Shown: one piece after another, positions 37,889 to 48,020 of the stretch
Layout of the letters: each line of letters opens with the position of its first letter
How positions within the stretch are numbered: the first letter of the stretch is position 1
Virus record (IMG/VR): IMGVR_UViG_3300032562_000004
Location: 1-64,000 of that record
Length of the DNA stretch: 64,000 bases
Strand: one strand, 5' to 3'
Program-made: the position numbers and the translations under genes
Notes under the pieces: model-generated
What the model was told of the DNA's origin: nothing
What the model saw: only the letters and a program-made list of their open reading frames with translations
Database searches by the model: none

Positions 37889-38608
37889 TTAAAACTTGGT
37901 TCCTTCAAAATCCATCCAATAAGTGGCCATTTTACCTTTACCTTCAAGTAAGTAAAAAGGTAGAGTATGGATTAAACCCCGACTGGAGTTATAGTATATC
38001 AGGTCTTTAGGTCCACGGTCAAGCGAAAATGCAAAATGTGTTGTTCCTGTATCACCCCCGATAAAGATTTCGGCAGTCTGGATATGGTTGATATTTTCCA
38101 TGAAGCCAAAACTATATTTGAAATGTATTGGAATCAATTCTTCATGGCCAAATGGATATTTACCAACACAGATAAGTTTTTCGTAATCATCATATTCTGG
38201 CGCACTATACTTATTACAAATGGTTTCAAGTAATTTTGGTGGCCAATTTCTGTAGGTATTATAAGGCGCATCAAACAATGGAAAAATAACAATCTTCTTT
38301 TCCATTTCTAATTTGTTTGGAACTGTTACTAAATCTCCAGAGATATCTCTAAAGTCCCAAACATTCACTCTACGCCATGGCAGAGTTTCTTGTCCTTCGA
38401 AATCAGAAAAGTAATTAGTTACCAATAAAAGAAATGTATAAAATTCCTGTACATATTTCTCAGAACTTATTGCTTCCGGCTTTAAATGAAATCGAATCTG
38501 TGGATTATTATTAGTTTTTCTAATATGTTCCAATACATTACAGACACCAAGTAAATCACCATTGCGTAATGGTCCACCAAAAGTACCAGGTTCAATATTA
38601 ATAATCAA
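37889..38608 (-). CDS. glycosyltransferase, GT9-like
   Basis: IFIGGDTGTTHFA resembles the GT9 xxIGxDSGxxHLA motif. Confidence 0.6.
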   Translation of the reverse strand: MIINIEPGTFGGPLRNGDLLGVCNVLEHIRKTNNNPQIRFHLKPEAISSEKYVQEFYTFLLLVTNYFSDFEGQETLPWRRVNVWDFRDISGDLVTVPNKLEMEKKIVIFPLFDAPYNTYRNWPPKLLETICNKYSAPEYDDYEKLICVGKYPFGHEELIPIHFKYSFGFMENINHIQTAEIFIGGDTGTTHFAFSLDRGPKDLIYYNSSRGLIHTLPFYLLEGKGKMATYWMDFEGTKF

Positions 38609-39348
38609 AGTAGTGCCTCCAAATCTTTAGCGTGAACTAGTTTTGCTTTACGGTTCAAATAGAAATGTTTTTCAAATACTTTATTGATATCCTTACCATC
38701 GTCCCAAGATACATTATCACCTACACGGAACTCAGGTTTCCAATCTTCTGCTTTCCATACACAATAAAGTGGAACATTACAGAGGTCTGCCAACATACCG
38801 ACACCAGTAAAATTGGTGATAAATGGTTTCTTTAGATTCTTAATGATGTAAGCATTGGTCAACATATCATTATCAAAATTAATAAACTCACAATCTTTTA
38901 AATAAGATAATACATGAGTTTCTCTACGATTATCAATCTCACCAACCGCCCATCTATCACCAACATAATAGGCATCTTTAATTTCAATATCCATCTCTGG
39001 TGTTAATACAACAAATTTATCATTTACTTCAAACATCAAATCATATTTGTCCCTTAACCAATTCTCATATCGACAGGTTTCAATCGGTCTATCAGGATCA
39101 CCTTTAGTTTCACGGCTTGGCCACGAACTTAATTGAATCATATCGCCATAAGGAATGATATCATCATCAAATTCAACATCAGAAAACAAATCTTGGTACA
39201 TTAAGAATTCTTTAATGCCTTTAAATTTCTTCGTTGAACCTTTGAGTATCAAAGAATATTTACCATATGATTTAGTAAGACCTGACAACACAGGCATTGT
39301 GTTTAAAAAATCACCAAGGTTAGCAGTTCCAGTTACATAAATTTTCAT
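38605..39348 (-). CDS. glycosyltransferase-like (GT9-type N-terminus)
   Basis: NLGDFLNTMPVL motif. Confidence 0.5.
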   Translation of the reverse strand: MKIYVTGTANLGDFLNTMPVLSGLTKSYGKYSLILKGSTKKFKGIKEFLMYQDLFSDVEFDDDIIPYGDMIQLSSWPSRETKGDPDRPIETCRYENWLRDKYDLMFEVNDKFVVLTPEMDIEIKDAYYVGDRWAVGEIDNRRETHVLSYLKDCEFINFDNDMLTNAYIIKNLKKPFITNFTGVGMLADLCNVPLYCVWKAEDWKPEFRVGDNVSWDDGKDINKVFEKHFYLNRKAKLVHAKDLEALL

Positions 39349-40139
39349 TTACTAAATTCCTTAAAAGCAACAAACCAGTCCTGTTCGGAAACTGGATGTA
39401 ATTCAAACAATTCGGGTTTCAACAAATAGGACATTAACAATAAAGTTTGGTCATCATCAACCAATCCATTCTTGACCAATTCATCCATACTATGAGCAAC
39501 CAACTTCTGTAATGTTGGCCAATTCTCTTTGCTAGCAACAATCATTGGTCCTGTAATATGTACATCGTTGTTGGCAATAACATCTTGAATGATAGTGCCT
39601 TCTTGCCAATCTTTAATATTGAATAAATGAATTTTATCTTTATCAAATGGATAACTCCAAACTTGAACATCATTTAAGGTTACTTCATCACGACAATAAC
39701 CAAAATCGAGCCACGCAATTAAATCATTATTAATTGTGTTTCGTCTAATAGCCTCAACAACAAAACTAGATTTTAGTGCGTTTACGATAACATAATCAGC
39801 ATTCCAATATTCTGGATTGCGTACTTGCATGGGATTTATTTTTGCTTGATATTCTGGATCCTGTTGAACTTTGGAAACCATTTCACGGAAAACACTAAAA
39901 GATTCTTTAAAGTCCATCGTGATAATATCTGTTGGTCTATCTTCTCTTAACTCTTTAATTTTATCGACCATATCGGCTGATGTAAATATGGTCATTTCAT
40001 TTTCGAGTTTGGCCATGTGACCAAATCTTTGCAAATAAGTTTCTGTTGTTCGTTGTAGATAGTGTGGAAGATTTTTATCTGGTGTCCATTCACCACGACC
40101 AATATCAAAGAAGGCCGTTACGATGCTAATTTCACTCAT
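39345..40139 (-). CDS. HtrL/YibB (WlaTC)-family glycosyltransferase-like protein
   Basis: SIVTAFFDIGRGEW, K..FV..AI, AWLDFG, VDDDQ. Confidence 0.75.
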   Translation of the reverse strand: MSEISIVTAFFDIGRGEWTPDKNLPHYLQRTTETYLQRFGHMAKLENEMTIFTSADMVDKIKELREDRPTDIITMDFKESFSVFREMVSKVQQDPEYQAKINPMQVRNPEYWNADYVIVNALKSSFVVEAIRRNTINNDLIAWLDFGYCRDEVTLNDVQVWSYPFDKDKIHLFNIKDWQEGTIIQDVIANNDVHITGPMIVASKENWPTLQKLVAHSMDELVKNGLVDDDQTLLLMSYLLKPELFELHPVSEQDWFVAFKEFSK

Positions 40140-40864
40140 ACCCAATAATACCTTTTATAATTATTAACAATTTCAATGTGGATTGGCTGACTCATAACAA
40201 AATCATCATAATCATATCCATCATTCTTATGGTGGTGTGTATCCGTCAAATAAGGATTAACACTATAATCTTTTCCACACAACATATAATAAACTACCAT
40301 ATAACAATCCATGAATCCTAATGGCTGATAGTGAATCTGAAACCAATCATGATTCTTTTTAAACCATTCGGTTACTTTATCATAGTTCTCTAAGAATGTT
40401 GATACTTTAAATATTGAACCTCCACCACAACCATATTGATTTGTGATTGGTTTCTTTCCAGAGAAATCTGTTATACTACCTATGATATCATCAGGAATTA
40501 TATTACCAATTTTGATATCATGTCCTGCCATTTCCCAAGTAGAATCAACTGTGATTGGTTTTTTAATCCAAACATCGTCTTCCATCATCATTATATGTGA
40601 TGTTGGTGCTTGTTGGCAAGCAGCTCTAAATCTATCCAACCATTGTAATGTTTTGTCGGCATCATAACTTGGATAACCTAATTTAGAAACTGAACGAATG
40701 TAATCACAGTTATATTTTTCAGCAATATCAGATAAATCATCTGCTGCATCCGACAATAACATATAATAGGAATCAGGATGGTGTTTACGGACTTGTTCTA
40801 CAACTTTTTCAGTAGAAACTTTTTTGCCTGCTGAGGCAAGATGGCAAAAAGAAATATCAGGCAT
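40136..40864 (-). CDS. putative glycosyltransferase (GT-A)
   Basis: IMMMEDDVW DxD-like motif; GCGGGSIF. Confidence 0.6.
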   Translation of the reverse strand: MPDISFCHLASAGKKVSTEKVVEQVRKHHPDSYYMLLSDAADDLSDIAEKYNCDYIRSVSKLGYPSYDADKTLQWLDRFRAACQQAPTSHIMMMEDDVWIKKPITVDSTWEMAGHDIKIGNIIPDDIIGSITDFSGKKPITNQYGCGGGSIFKVSTFLENYDKVTEWFKKNHDWFQIHYQPLGFMDCYMVVYYMLCGKDYSVNPYLTDTHHHKNDGYDYDDFVMSQPIHIEIVNNYKRYYWV

Positions 40865-41423
40865 ATTTTACCCAAAAGATAATACTATCGGTCATATTTG
40901 AAGGTTCTCTGAGGTCAACAACACCACAAACCATATTAGGTGGAACTAAAGTTCTATAATCTTCTGTCCATTCCATTTGACCAATATCTTCAATAATAAA
41001 CATACCACCACGGTTTAACTTTGGTAAATATAAACTAAGTGATTGTAAATGACTTTTTTTGGTGTGAGGACCATCATCAATGATAATATCAAAATTAGGC
41101 AAAGAATCGGCAAACTCTTTTTTATATCCGTCAGCGTAAATTATTTTAACTCGTGGATAAGGTTCACAATTTGTTTTTGCACCAAAATCATATGGGTCTA
41201 CACCATAGAGGTCAGCATTAGGAAAGTAATGATGCCAAAGTGCCATACTTCCGCCACGATGAATTCCTAATTCTAATAAACGAATATTTTTATCTTGATA
41301 TGGCAAAAGAGCTTCATCATAGAAACCACTACAATATTTGTGGTTAAATTCTTTATCTGTACCAAATTCATAATGTGTATCATTACGAATATTATACTTA
41401 ATCATAATATCAACTAAACTCAT
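40857..41423 (-). CDS. class I SAM-dependent methyltransferase
   Basis: LLELGIHRGGS; YGVD; DIIIDDGPH; GGMFIIED. Confidence 0.85.
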   Translation of the reverse strand: MSLVDIMIKYNIRNDTHYEFGTDKEFNHKYCSGFYDEALLPYQDKNIRLLELGIHRGGSMALWHHYFPNADLYGVDPYDFGAKTNCEPYPRVKIIYADGYKKEFADSLPNFDIIIDDGPHTKKSHLQSLSLYLPKLNRGGMFIIEDIGQMEWTEDYRTLVPPNMVCGVVDLREPSNMTDSIIFWVKYA

Positions 41424-42436
41424 TACATTAACCTATCTTTCCATGTTTTAGGTGTTTTATCTGATACAATTTCCAATGGATATGTATAGTCGAAAGGTTT
41501 AGGTCCTTTCTTCTTAACATACGCCACGGTTTCTTGAATGGCTTTTCTTAAATCTGTTTTAGTTTCATAATTTAATAATTTACGAGCTTTATCTGCTGAA
41601 CAAGAAGCGTGTTTAACTTCTCTTGGTCGGTCTGGCATATGAATTGGTGGCCATGTGTTATCTTTTCTCATATCACACTCTTTATTCACCAAAGCAGCCA
41701 ACTCAGCAATAGTAATTGTACCTTCATCAGGTCCAATGTTAATAATCTCACTCTTAATTTTTGGATCTAATGCCATTTTTTCTAAACAATTAATACAGTC
41801 ACTAACATAAGAAAAACAACGAGTTTGTTTACCATCGCCATAAATGATTGCAGGTTTACTTTGCAAATTACGATTAATCATAATACTCATAACATTACGG
41901 AACGGATCATCATAACGCTGACGAGGACCAACAATATTATGTGGCACAGCAATATTCCATTCCATACCATGAGTTTCACAAAGAGCTTTTAATACTTCTT
42001 CACCAGCAACTTTAGCTATGCCATACGGATCTACAGGTCTAGGAGTCATTTTTTCATGGAATGGTGCCTTTTGGTCACCATATCGTGCCATAGATGTGCA
42101 ATAAACAAATCTTTTTACTTTATTTTGGATTGCTGCAGAAATAGTAGATACACTTGCTTCAAAAATATTTCGTGTAATGAAACTAGGAGAGAATACAGAC
42201 AGTCCTTCATGTGCCGTTGCGGCAGTATGAATAACGATATCACAACCTTCCATAGCATAGGTCATCTTTTCATTATCACAACAATCAATGATAAAAAGTT
42301 TTGCTTTTTTTGGAACATTATCACGATAACCACCAATCAAGTTATCATTACCAATAACTTCATGTCCAAGTTCAATCATTCTATCAGCAAGATGGCTACC
42401 TAGAAATCCTGCTAGTCCAGTAATAAAAATTTTCAT
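41423..42436 (-). CDS. NAD-dependent epimerase/dehydratase
   Basis: TGLAGFLG; TSMARYG; YGIAK; HNIVGP. Confidence 0.9.
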   Translation of the reverse strand: MKIFITGLAGFLGSHLADRMIELGHEVIGNDNLIGGYRDNVPKKAKLFIIDCCDNEKMTYAMEGCDIVIHTAATAHEGLSVFSPSFITRNIFEASVSTISAAIQNKVKRFVYCTSMARYGDQKAPFHEKMTPRPVDPYGIAKVAGEEVLKALCETHGMEWNIAVPHNIVGPRQRYDDPFRNVMSIMINRNLQSKPAIIYGDGKQTRCFSYVSDCINCLEKMALDPKIKSEIINIGPDEGTITIAELAALVNKECDMRKDNTWPPIHMPDRPREVKHASCSADKARKLLNYETKTDLRKAIQETVAYVKKKGPKPFDYTYPLEIVSDKTPKTWKDRLM

Positions 42437-42963
42437 TATACTCTCTTAATCAAAGTCATTCCATTGCAATTTGTTCTTCGTTCAACTAATTGCCATTGTG
42501 GATTAGTATCCAAGAATTCTTGAATCGCTTTCCATACACCTCCTTCACCACCTTGGCCACGTGCACCAAATAATTCTGTATCATGGAATAATATATATTT
42601 GCTCACCTTATCAGCATGTAAATCTAATTCACCTTTTACTTGTTCATATGAATGATAACTATCCACAAGCATAATATCTGTTGGTGCAATTTCAGTTTCT
42701 AATGTAGAACAAACATGAAGTGTAACATTTCTACCAGCGGCTCTCGCTTCGTTAAAGAATTGAGTAGTAACCTCATAAGGTGAAATTTCGTAACTATGAA
42801 GTTCTACATCTTGCCTTAAAAATCCTCTGGTACTTTGTGCATATCCAACACCAAGTTCAGTCGCATGTTTACACTCAGAAGTTAGTTCTGAAATCCATGG
42901 TAAATGCTCGTGCATATCGGTTGGTCTGGCACAAGCATCTAAGTATTCTTGTTCAAAGTTCAT
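42436..42963 (-). CDS. SAM-dependent methyltransferase
   Basis: TELGV; DIMLVDSYH; YILFHDT. Confidence 0.75.
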   Translation of the reverse strand: MNFEQEYLDACARPTDMHEHLPWISELTSECKHATELGVGYAQSTRGFLRQDVELHSYEISPYEVTTQFFNEARAAGRNVTLHVCSTLETEIAPTDIMLVDSYHSYEQVKGELDLHADKVSKYILFHDTELFGARGQGGEGGVWKAIQEFLDTNPQWQLVERRTNCNGMTLIKRV

Positions 42964-42964
42964 T

Positions 42965-43801
42965 TTATGTACTGTATATAAATAATTGTGATTCATCTTC
43001 TTGTCCATATTTTTCTTGGACAAACTTCTTTAAAACTGGTACCCTATCGTATTGGTGTACAATTGGAAAAACTTTATCGGTATAATCTTTTAAAATACCA
43101 TCTTCAAAAAATGGTTCAACGATAAGTAGATTTGGCCTAAACTGTTCAATCTTGGATGGATCCATGATTGTTCCTAACTCAGCAGCCCATTGTGTTGTTT
43201 TAGTTACAACATCTTTAAACGGTTGTGTGTTGATTAGAACATTGAATACTGCTTGGTCTACGATAGGAATTGGTCGGTTGATTCCGTTTGTGAAAATATG
43301 AAACACCATATCTTTTACATATTCTGATTTACCACCAAAGGTTCCTACATTAAAGATTTCATTGTTTTTAAATTTATCATACACATATGGACCATAAGCT
43401 TGATATAAATTCTCATTACCCCAAGGTTCGTCTTTATATTTCAAACCTTCAGATGCAATAACCAATTTACGGTCAACTAAGAATTTAAATGGATCTGTTT
43501 GAAAATAAACATCTTTAACATCAGTAGTAACAACATATTGATAATCAAACCAATGATTTTCTAGATATTCATAGATTGATAAAAATCGTAACACATGGAT
43601 CGGTATGTTTTGTACTTGTAACATGGGAACAACAACTACTCCTTGTTCTACCAACCAATCTAGTGTTTCATCTGAAGCGTTACCATAAACCAAAACAACA
43701 TCATTATCACCAGCAACTTCTTTTGCTGAGATAACCCAAGGTTTTAATTGGTTAATGTTATAGTTTGTGAACCCGCCGATGATGAGATTTTTTTGCGCCA
43801 T
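42965..43801 (-). CDS. putative glycosyltransferase
   Basis: VVTTDVKDVYFQTDPF; FNVGT; DQAVFN; IVHQYDR. Confidence 0.7.
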   Translation of the reverse strand: MAQKNLIIGGFTNYNINQLKPWVISAKEVAGDNDVVLVYGNASDETLDWLVEQGVVVVPMLQVQNIPIHVLRFLSIYEYLENHWFDYQYVVTTDVKDVYFQTDPFKFLVDRKLVIASEGLKYKDEPWGNENLYQAYGPYVYDKFKNNEIFNVGTFGGKSEYVKDMVFHIFTNGINRPIPIVDQAVFNVLINTQPFKDVVTKTTQWAAELGTIMDPSKIEQFRPNLLIVEPFFEDGILKDYTDKVFPIVHQYDRVPVLKKFVQEKYGQEDESQLFIYST

Positions 43802-44505
43802 GGGAATTCTCCATTATATTTTTGATTCATTACATTATTTCCATTGATAAAGAAATCGGCAGTAACCGAACCTTTACCGCCATCAACACGATAGTTTACG
43901 GTATACTCACCTGTACAATCGAATTTCTTAAAGTGCTGAGCAACGACACTCAGGAACACTCTATCTTGTCCCCAACCACCATGCCAACAACTTGCTATTT
44001 TAACAGCAATCTCTGTCTTGAGGCAATATGAATTGGTATCCACATGGTTCACTCCATGGTAAGTTTGCCATTTACCTAAAGATTCACAATCATCATGGCA
44101 AACAAATGTACCATCCTTATTGTATACGTCACGCAAAGAATAACACCAATCAAGATTCTTTTCTTTGATTGTGTTGATACAAGTTTCAACGTGATTTGGT
44201 TTTAACCAATTATCTTGGTCGAGATATAATACATATTCTGTATTAATTAAATGAGTGAAAGCGGCATAGACACGGTGTCCGTAGAATCCATTGGCGCCCA
44301 CATTGGTTGGTAAACTACATAGAGTAATGTTCTTGTATTTCGGATGCTTTTCAAATTGTTTAATATGGTTCTTGATAGCGTAAACAAATTCAGGACCATC
44401 ACAAACAATATAACATTTAGTTTCGTATGTTTGGTCTAATACCGATTTAATAGCTTCATGTACTGGTGCAGCGACAGTAGTTGGTATAATCACAGTTGCG
44501 GACAT
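43744..44505 (-). CDS. glycosyltransferase family 2
   Basis: TVIIPT; IVCDG; LYLDQDNW; VDTNSY; DRVF. Confidence 0.85.
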   Translation of the reverse strand: MSATVIIPTTVAAPVHEAIKSVLDQTYETKCYIVCDGPEFVYAIKNHIKQFEKHPKYKNITLCSLPTNVGANGFYGHRVYAAFTHLINTEYVLYLDQDNWLKPNHVETCINTIKEKNLDWCYSLRDVYNKDGTFVCHDDCESLGKWQTYHGVNHVDTNSYCLKTEIAVKIASCWHGGWGQDRVFLSVVAQHFKKFDCTGEYTVNYRVDGGKGSVTADFFINGNNVMNQKYNGEFPWRKKISSSAGSQTITLTN

Positions 44506-44507
44506 AA

Positions 44508-44786
44508 TTAATCTCTAGTCAGTTTTAAAATCTTTTCTATTTGTGCTTCGATGGCAGGTTTACGGTTAGGCCAATATATGTATTCTTTATCTCCAGTTGA
44601 ATGGAGTTTAGTTAAGAATGGAACAATCATCTTTTCTAATTCTTGTAATCGTGTCTTATAATCATCCGCTGTTGCAGCAGTTTTATTAATTACTGAATTA
44701 TATTCTTCTTCAGAAACAGCAGAGAAACCAAAATCATTATCAGTTTCATATTGCTTAGCTAGTTTATCAAAATCAATTAATGCCAT
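44508..44786 (-). CDS. conserved hypothetical protein
   Basis: DFGFSAVSEEE...YIYWPNR motif. Confidence 0.75.
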   Translation of the reverse strand: MALIDFDKLAKQYETDNDFGFSAVSEEEYNSVINKTAATADDYKTRLQELEKMIVPFLTKLHSTGDKEYIYWPNRKPAIEAQIEKILKLTRD

Positions 44787-44794
44787 ATTCTATC

Positions 44795-45499
44795 CTATTT
44801 TGAATTTGCTCTTGATGAAAGAGCTTTTAAATAATCCTTATCATCCAAATCACTATCAGACTTTTTTAACGAATTTGGAATTGCTTGTATAGCGGTTGTA
44901 AATCTATAATTATAAATTGGAATACTTCCACCTCGTTTGATTCGAATTCTCAATTTCAATTTTAAATTGAATTCTGGTAATCCTAATTTTGCAGGATCTT
45001 TACCCATGTAATAAAATCCACTTTTACCAATTTGAATATAATAAGTATCTTTACTATTGTAATACTTAGATACCGCATTACTTGGTATATCTATAAACTC
45101 ATCTTTAAAAGTTTCATAATCATATTCAACATCTTGTTTTTTGTATAGTTTATATGGTACTGTATATTTTCTTGGTGCACCTTTTGGGCCCCATTTCTTA
45201 TTTACTATTTTCACAACACCAATAGATTCTAAAAATTGCCTCATCTGTTCCGCAGCAACTGTTTTTGCTCCACCTAAACTCCATAAACCACTATCAACAT
45301 TATAATCTAAACTGCCTTGGCCAAAATCAACTTTAGTATCTAATTTAATTTCTATCTTATAATCTCGGCCTTGATATCGAATTTTGGCATCAGGTGCATT
45401 AGAATCTGCACCAGCAGCAACAAATCCTGGAGTTAAAAGTTTTGCCTTTTTTAGATTGGCGTTTACTTTAGATTCGTAAACAAAGCCTTTGTTAGACAT
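44795..45499 (-). CDS. PD-(D/E)xK-like nuclease-fold protein
   Basis: APDAKIRYQGRDYKIEIK; late promoter GATAAATA at 45522-45529. Confidence 0.6.
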   Translation of the reverse strand: MSNKGFVYESKVNANLKKAKLLTPGFVAAGADSNAPDAKIRYQGRDYKIEIKLDTKVDFGQGSLDYNVDSGLWSLGGAKTVAAEQMRQFLESIGVVKIVNKKWGPKGAPRKYTVPYKLYKKQDVEYDYETFKDEFIDIPSNAVSKYYNSKDTYYIQIGKSGFYYMGKDPAKLGLPEFNLKLKLRIRIKRGGSIPIYNYRFTTAIQAIPNSLKKSDSDLDDKDYLKALSSRANSK

Positions 45500-45524
45500 A
45501 ATATATCCATTTAAAAGGAACTAT

Positions 45525-46634
45525 TTATCTGATGATTTGAATGTCTTTGCCTGAAGTCCAGATTTCTAATTCATTTCTCAATCGACCATCCAACTTGAGT
45601 GATTCATAACGATTGGTTGCTTTTTGCTTCCACCATGAAATGATGTTACTCAATTCATGTTTCTCATAGTTTTCACCAGGTAAAAGTTCATCAGTCTTAC
45701 AGTTCATGTAATCCACAGCATTCTTAAATCCATAATCTGAAGTATAATATCTTTTCTTTTCGGTCAACTTTTTAGCGTTCTCAATCGTTAAAGAGAATGC
45801 CTCTCCTTCCGCAGTACCTTTTAAAGCAGCTTTAGTAAGAGCAATAATCTTTGTAAAAGTTCTTAGTTTTCTACTGGTGGTCGATGTATCACCTGCCAAT
45901 AAATCTCCAGTAATATTTTCCACATAGTTTTTCAAATCGTGATATCGTTGACCGTGCATCATTGGTACAATATCAGATTCGGTCAGACCACGAAAACGAA
46001 TGTAAGGTTTCATACCATCATATTGTGATACTGTCTTGGTACTACCATACAAACTGGTAGTTTCAAATAGGCATAAATTCATACCATATTTTTTATTACA
46101 GATTTCTCTTACTTCATGACTGGTACAGATGGCAGATAGAAGTTTACCACCTAGATAATTATAACCAAAAGGTTGAGCTGGTACAATTACGAATCCCATT
46201 ACAGTAGAAGCATTGAATCTTTTTGCAGTATCTTCCTGTTGAATCCAGACCTGTCCTAAGAGTTCATTACGAGGTTTCATATAGATGACTGGTGAACCTA
46301 ACCGAATGAAACCTAGAACCTTTCCTGACTTCTTTTCCATAACCGCCAACTGAATATTTTTACCAACTGGTGATTTATTAATATGAGAACTGGTAATGGC
46401 AAGTAATGTTTCCCAAGTGGTACCATCAATCTCACAAACATCAATTTCCATATCATTTGGGTGCATAGAGAAATCAGAGAACAAATCGTCCTCTGGTGGA
46501 AACAATGAAGAAGGTAAATTTTCAAGGTTCTTTAATTTCTCATCACGCATGTATTCTTCGGTACTTCCAATATTACTGAAATAATCATCGAATACTTTAG
46601 AGCAATGTAAGGCTTGTTCTCTAGTTAGAATCAT
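45525..46634 (-). CDS. DUF4338 / DruA-like protein
   Basis: GFIRLGSP..PRN; GFVIVPAQPFGYNYLGGKLL; FETTSLYG..SQYD. Confidence 0.65.
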   Translation of the reverse strand: MILTREQALHCSKVFDDYFSNIGSTEEYMRDEKLKNLENLPSSLFPPEDDLFSDFSMHPNDMEIDVCEIDGTTWETLLAITSSHINKSPVGKNIQLAVMEKKSGKVLGFIRLGSPVIYMKPRNELLGQVWIQQEDTAKRFNASTVMGFVIVPAQPFGYNYLGGKLLSAICTSHEVREICNKKYGMNLCLFETTSLYGSTKTVSQYDGMKPYIRFRGLTESDIVPMMHGQRYHDLKNYVENITGDLLAGDTSTTSRKLRTFTKIIALTKAALKGTAEGEAFSLTIENAKKLTEKKRYYTSDYGFKNAVDYMNCKTDELLPGENYEKHELSNIISWWKQKATNRYESLKLDGRLRNELEIWTSGKDIQIIR

Positions 46635-48010
46635 ACTTTAAAGCCTTCAAATTTCTTATGTTGAATTTTGTTTTGTGAACCAATCGCTGGTTGTCCTGAA
46701 TCAGCCAAGCCGACTTGTGCTGATTGTTCAATATCATATAATCTCATTTTGGATCGGTCAACACCAATTGTAAATCGTTTGTAATATGTTGGGTCATTAT
46801 ATCGATTCTTTAATTGTTTTACCATAATTTGACCAAGTTCTTCTAAATCTTCACTTGTGATTAAAGCAAACATCAAGTCTGCTGTGGCGGGAAGTCCGAA
46901 CGATTCACTCGTATCTTCAAGTCCTGGATCACTCGATGTAAATCCGGATCTTGTAGTCTGTGTCGCAGATACAATAGGAACATTATACTCAACAGCCAGA
47001 CCCCTAAGCTCCTCTGCAATAGACTTAACGTATGTGTAGGAATTAATATTCGCACCAGCCTTAATACGAGAGCTACAACAGATGTTAAGATAATCAACAA
47101 AGATAATATCAGGTACAAAAGACCTTTTGAGATTAAGTTCATTTAATAATGTCCTAAAGTGAGTAGTAGACGCTGAAGCAGTTGGATATTCTTTGATGAT
47201 GAGTTTACCAGTTACTTTTTCTTTAACTTTGGCAACCTTCTTATCATACATATCTTTTGGTAAGTCCATCAAATCATCAAGTGTAACATTCAATAAGTTT
47301 GCATCTATTCTTTCTGCAATTTTTTCTTCAGCCATTTCCATAGTGATGTACAAAGCATTTTTGCCTTGGACCATAGCTGCCGCTGCAACATGGCACATGA
47401 ACAAAGATTTGCCAACACCTGTACCAGCAAGAGCAATATTGAGAGTTTTAGTTGGAAGACCACCTTTTGTAATCTTGTTGAAGTATTCGAGGTCAAAAGG
47501 AATTCGCTCCTCTTTTCTATGATAGAAATCATAGCGAGCATCAGAGTTTTCAAGATAATCATGTCCTACGGTTGTATCGAATGAAACGGCCAAGGCGGCC
47601 GATAATATAGAGGGAATCGCACCTTTGTCGTGACCTTTGTCCTTACCATCGAGAATTGAAATAGCCCGTAATACGCCATTGTAAATCGCTTTCTCCTGGC
47701 AAAACTTTTCGGTCTTATCAACAAGCCATTGAATCTCGGTTTCTGATGTACGATTAGATTTAATTTCTTCGAGATATGATTCGCATCCCTTAACTTCATC
47801 ATCTGTAATAGTGGTCTTTTCTTTGACGGCAATACTAAGTGCTTCAACCGTTGGTGGAGTATTGTAAGTCTCCGTGAATGATGTAATTTCATCGAATAAT
47901 GTCCTCTCCGTTCTGTCGGAGAAATAGTCAGATTTTAAAAATGGTAATACTTTTCTTAAATAGTCCTCGTTATAGACTAGGTTTTTTAATATGGCTTGCT
48001 CTAATTTCAT
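46631..48010 (-). CDS. gp41: replicative helicase (T4 gp41)
   Basis: LAGTGVGKS; ITMEMAE; VDYLNI; SATQTTR; SESFGLPATAD; KNRY. Confidence 0.96.
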   Translation of the reverse strand: MKLEQAILKNLVYNEDYLRKVLPFLKSDYFSDRTERTLFDEITSFTETYNTPPTVEALSIAVKEKTTITDDEVKGCESYLEEIKSNRTSETEIQWLVDKTEKFCQEKAIYNGVLRAISILDGKDKGHDKGAIPSILSAALAVSFDTTVGHDYLENSDARYDFYHRKEERIPFDLEYFNKITKGGLPTKTLNIALAGTGVGKSLFMCHVAAAAMVQGKNALYITMEMAEEKIAERIDANLLNVTLDDLMDLPKDMYDKKVAKVKEKVTGKLIIKEYPTASASTTHFRTLLNELNLKRSFVPDIIFVDYLNICCSSRIKAGANINSYTYVKSIAEELRGLAVEYNVPIVSATQTTRSGFTSSDPGLEDTSESFGLPATADLMFALITSEDLEELGQIMVKQLKNRYNDPTYYKRFTIGVDRSKMRLYDIEQSAQVGLADSGQPAIGSQNKIQHKKFEGFKV

Positions 48011-48020
48011 ATCTTTCCAT

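Noticed and set aside
46-47892. Many 60-135 aa plus-strand or alternative-frame ORFs overlapping well-supported minus-strand genes (e.g. 4487..4786, 27229..27603, 30139..30549, 42056..42403, 47193..47522)
   Set aside because: Antisense or frame shadows with no RBS, no motifs and residue bias typical of reverse-frame translation.
48008-48020. Target-site duplication flanking the 48.1-kb GIY-YIG cassette
   Set aside because: Best match (TGGAAAGATATG versus TTGAAGGATAAG) is only 9/12 and too degenerate to support.
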